64,000 nucleotides of DNA, taken from positions 176,710-240,709 of the forward strand of contig NMRA01000102.1 in NCBI GenBank assembly GCA_002633005.1, given 5' to 3'. This DNA is from Phoronis australis (Eukaryota > Animalia > Phoronida). Each line of letters starts with the position of its first letter. Within the stretch, counting starts at the first letter, position 1. The notes under the pieces are model-generated. The model saw only the letters and a program-made list of their open reading frames with translations. It was not told where the DNA came from and did no database searches. Shown piece after piece: positions 62,806 to 64,000 of this stretch. Position numbers and translations under genes: made by a program.

Positions 62806-64000
62806 TGAAGCTCCTGGTGTTACCTTTTTATGGTCCAAAAGATTGTAAAATATACTCCCGATAACTATCAAGTTCACCTCATAACGTTTTTGATTTGATA
62901 AAAAATTCATTTATTTCTCAAAGTTCTTCATTTAACCAGGTTAAGCAGAAATTCAACCAAAATTCTTTCAGTGAATCAACCAGATGCTCTAATAACTTTT
63001 AGAATTGGTGCAAAGATGAACCCTGAACAACACTTGATGACTTTGACATAAGTTTACTTAACTTCTTCCAATACTTAGTAAATTATCTGAGAAGTGACTT
63101 GGAAGTAGAACACTGAGTGCGCTAGGTTGATAATCCTCCCATGTAACTTGCCAGCTGAAAGTTATCTCTCTGTATCATGTTTTATTTTTGAAGTAGTTAC
63201 CACACATGGTATGATCGGTTTTCCTAAAGAAATTGCAAAATCTGTAATGGAACATGGGCAGGTTACTCAAATTGTGAATAAAGTTAAAAGGCATGAAAAT
63301 TATTTGAACAATGAAACTGACACCTAAAAGTTTTAACTTTATTGTTTAATGCAACTAAAGCATTTGAATCAAGTTGATCTGTACCCTCAGTATCTATCAA
63401 GCTGATCCGTATCCTCAGTATCTTTTCCATTGGGGAAAATTGGGACATGAAGTAACTTGCCTTAGCTAATTTGTCAGTTACATCTTGCCCCACATGGTAT
63501 TTTGAAAAGGTTATCTGCAGCTTGGAATGATTGTTAAGGAAAAGGAAAGATTCACGACTGTGTTATAAAGAAGGTTTAATAGTGGTGATAATGTAGTCAG
63601 TTGTGAAAACTATAAATAAGTTCATAAGATTGGTCTCATAATACTCCTTACTGTGACAGGATGGTACAAAATGAAATGCCCCTTTAGCATATTTTTAGTT
63701 TCATAAATAGCTGTACGCTAAGAATGTTAGGTTTTCACATCCTTTGAATGTTATTCCCTGAGATTTGAAGGTTATGTGTCCTCACTTCATGTCTAATATG
63801 TTCATCTTAACAATGAATGCTGTCTCTCTCCTCATTTACCTGCAACTATAACTGATGTGTGGGCACTGGCGTTCTAATTATGAGCTCCTTCAGTTGTAAC
63901 CTGTTATAATTGAGCACAACTGGCGTCACATTATGCCACATGTTGGTGCACCTTTTGTTCCTGAATTTTTGCGATCAAAGACGGTAATTAAAAATCCATT

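Noticed and set aside
62850-64000. Possible very old minus-strand LINE RT (KLLGV, LSPLL, GGL fragments)
   Set aside because: Too decayed to support without a translated search

Overview
Eukaryotic (animal, probably marine invertebrate) genomic DNA that is AT-rich and dense in repeats; nothing prokaryote-like (no operons or CRISPR). Three protein-coding genes can be rebuilt from GT-AG exons with consistent phases. (1) A + strand matrix metalloproteinase: 9 exons, 9842-36528, with cysteine switch, furin site, [11 protein letters not shown] zinc site, hemopexin domain and a hydrophobic GPI-like tail; its 5' exons were not found. (2) TMEM179 on the - strand: 4 exons, 47881-44130. (3) An intronless sulfotransferase-fold ORF (48227-49534, +) lying head-to-head with TMEM179; its apparent second copy is very likely an assembly artefact at an N. 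One intact tRNA-Gly(GCC) ends a decayed tandem tRNA array inside an MMP intron. The rest is nested transposons and minisatellites. These include a Penelope fragment with a minimal hammerhead ribozyme, Kolobok/THAP and ISL2EU-like derivatives, an L1/Tx1 fragment with a 16-bp TSD, SINEs, many MITEs, and a recurring group of CA..TG elements with 5-bp TSDs. I cannot support a wholly new biological system. The best leads are the tRNA array, the uncharacterised sulfotransferase-like gene on a bidirectional promoter, the 5-bp-TSD element group and the ribozyme.
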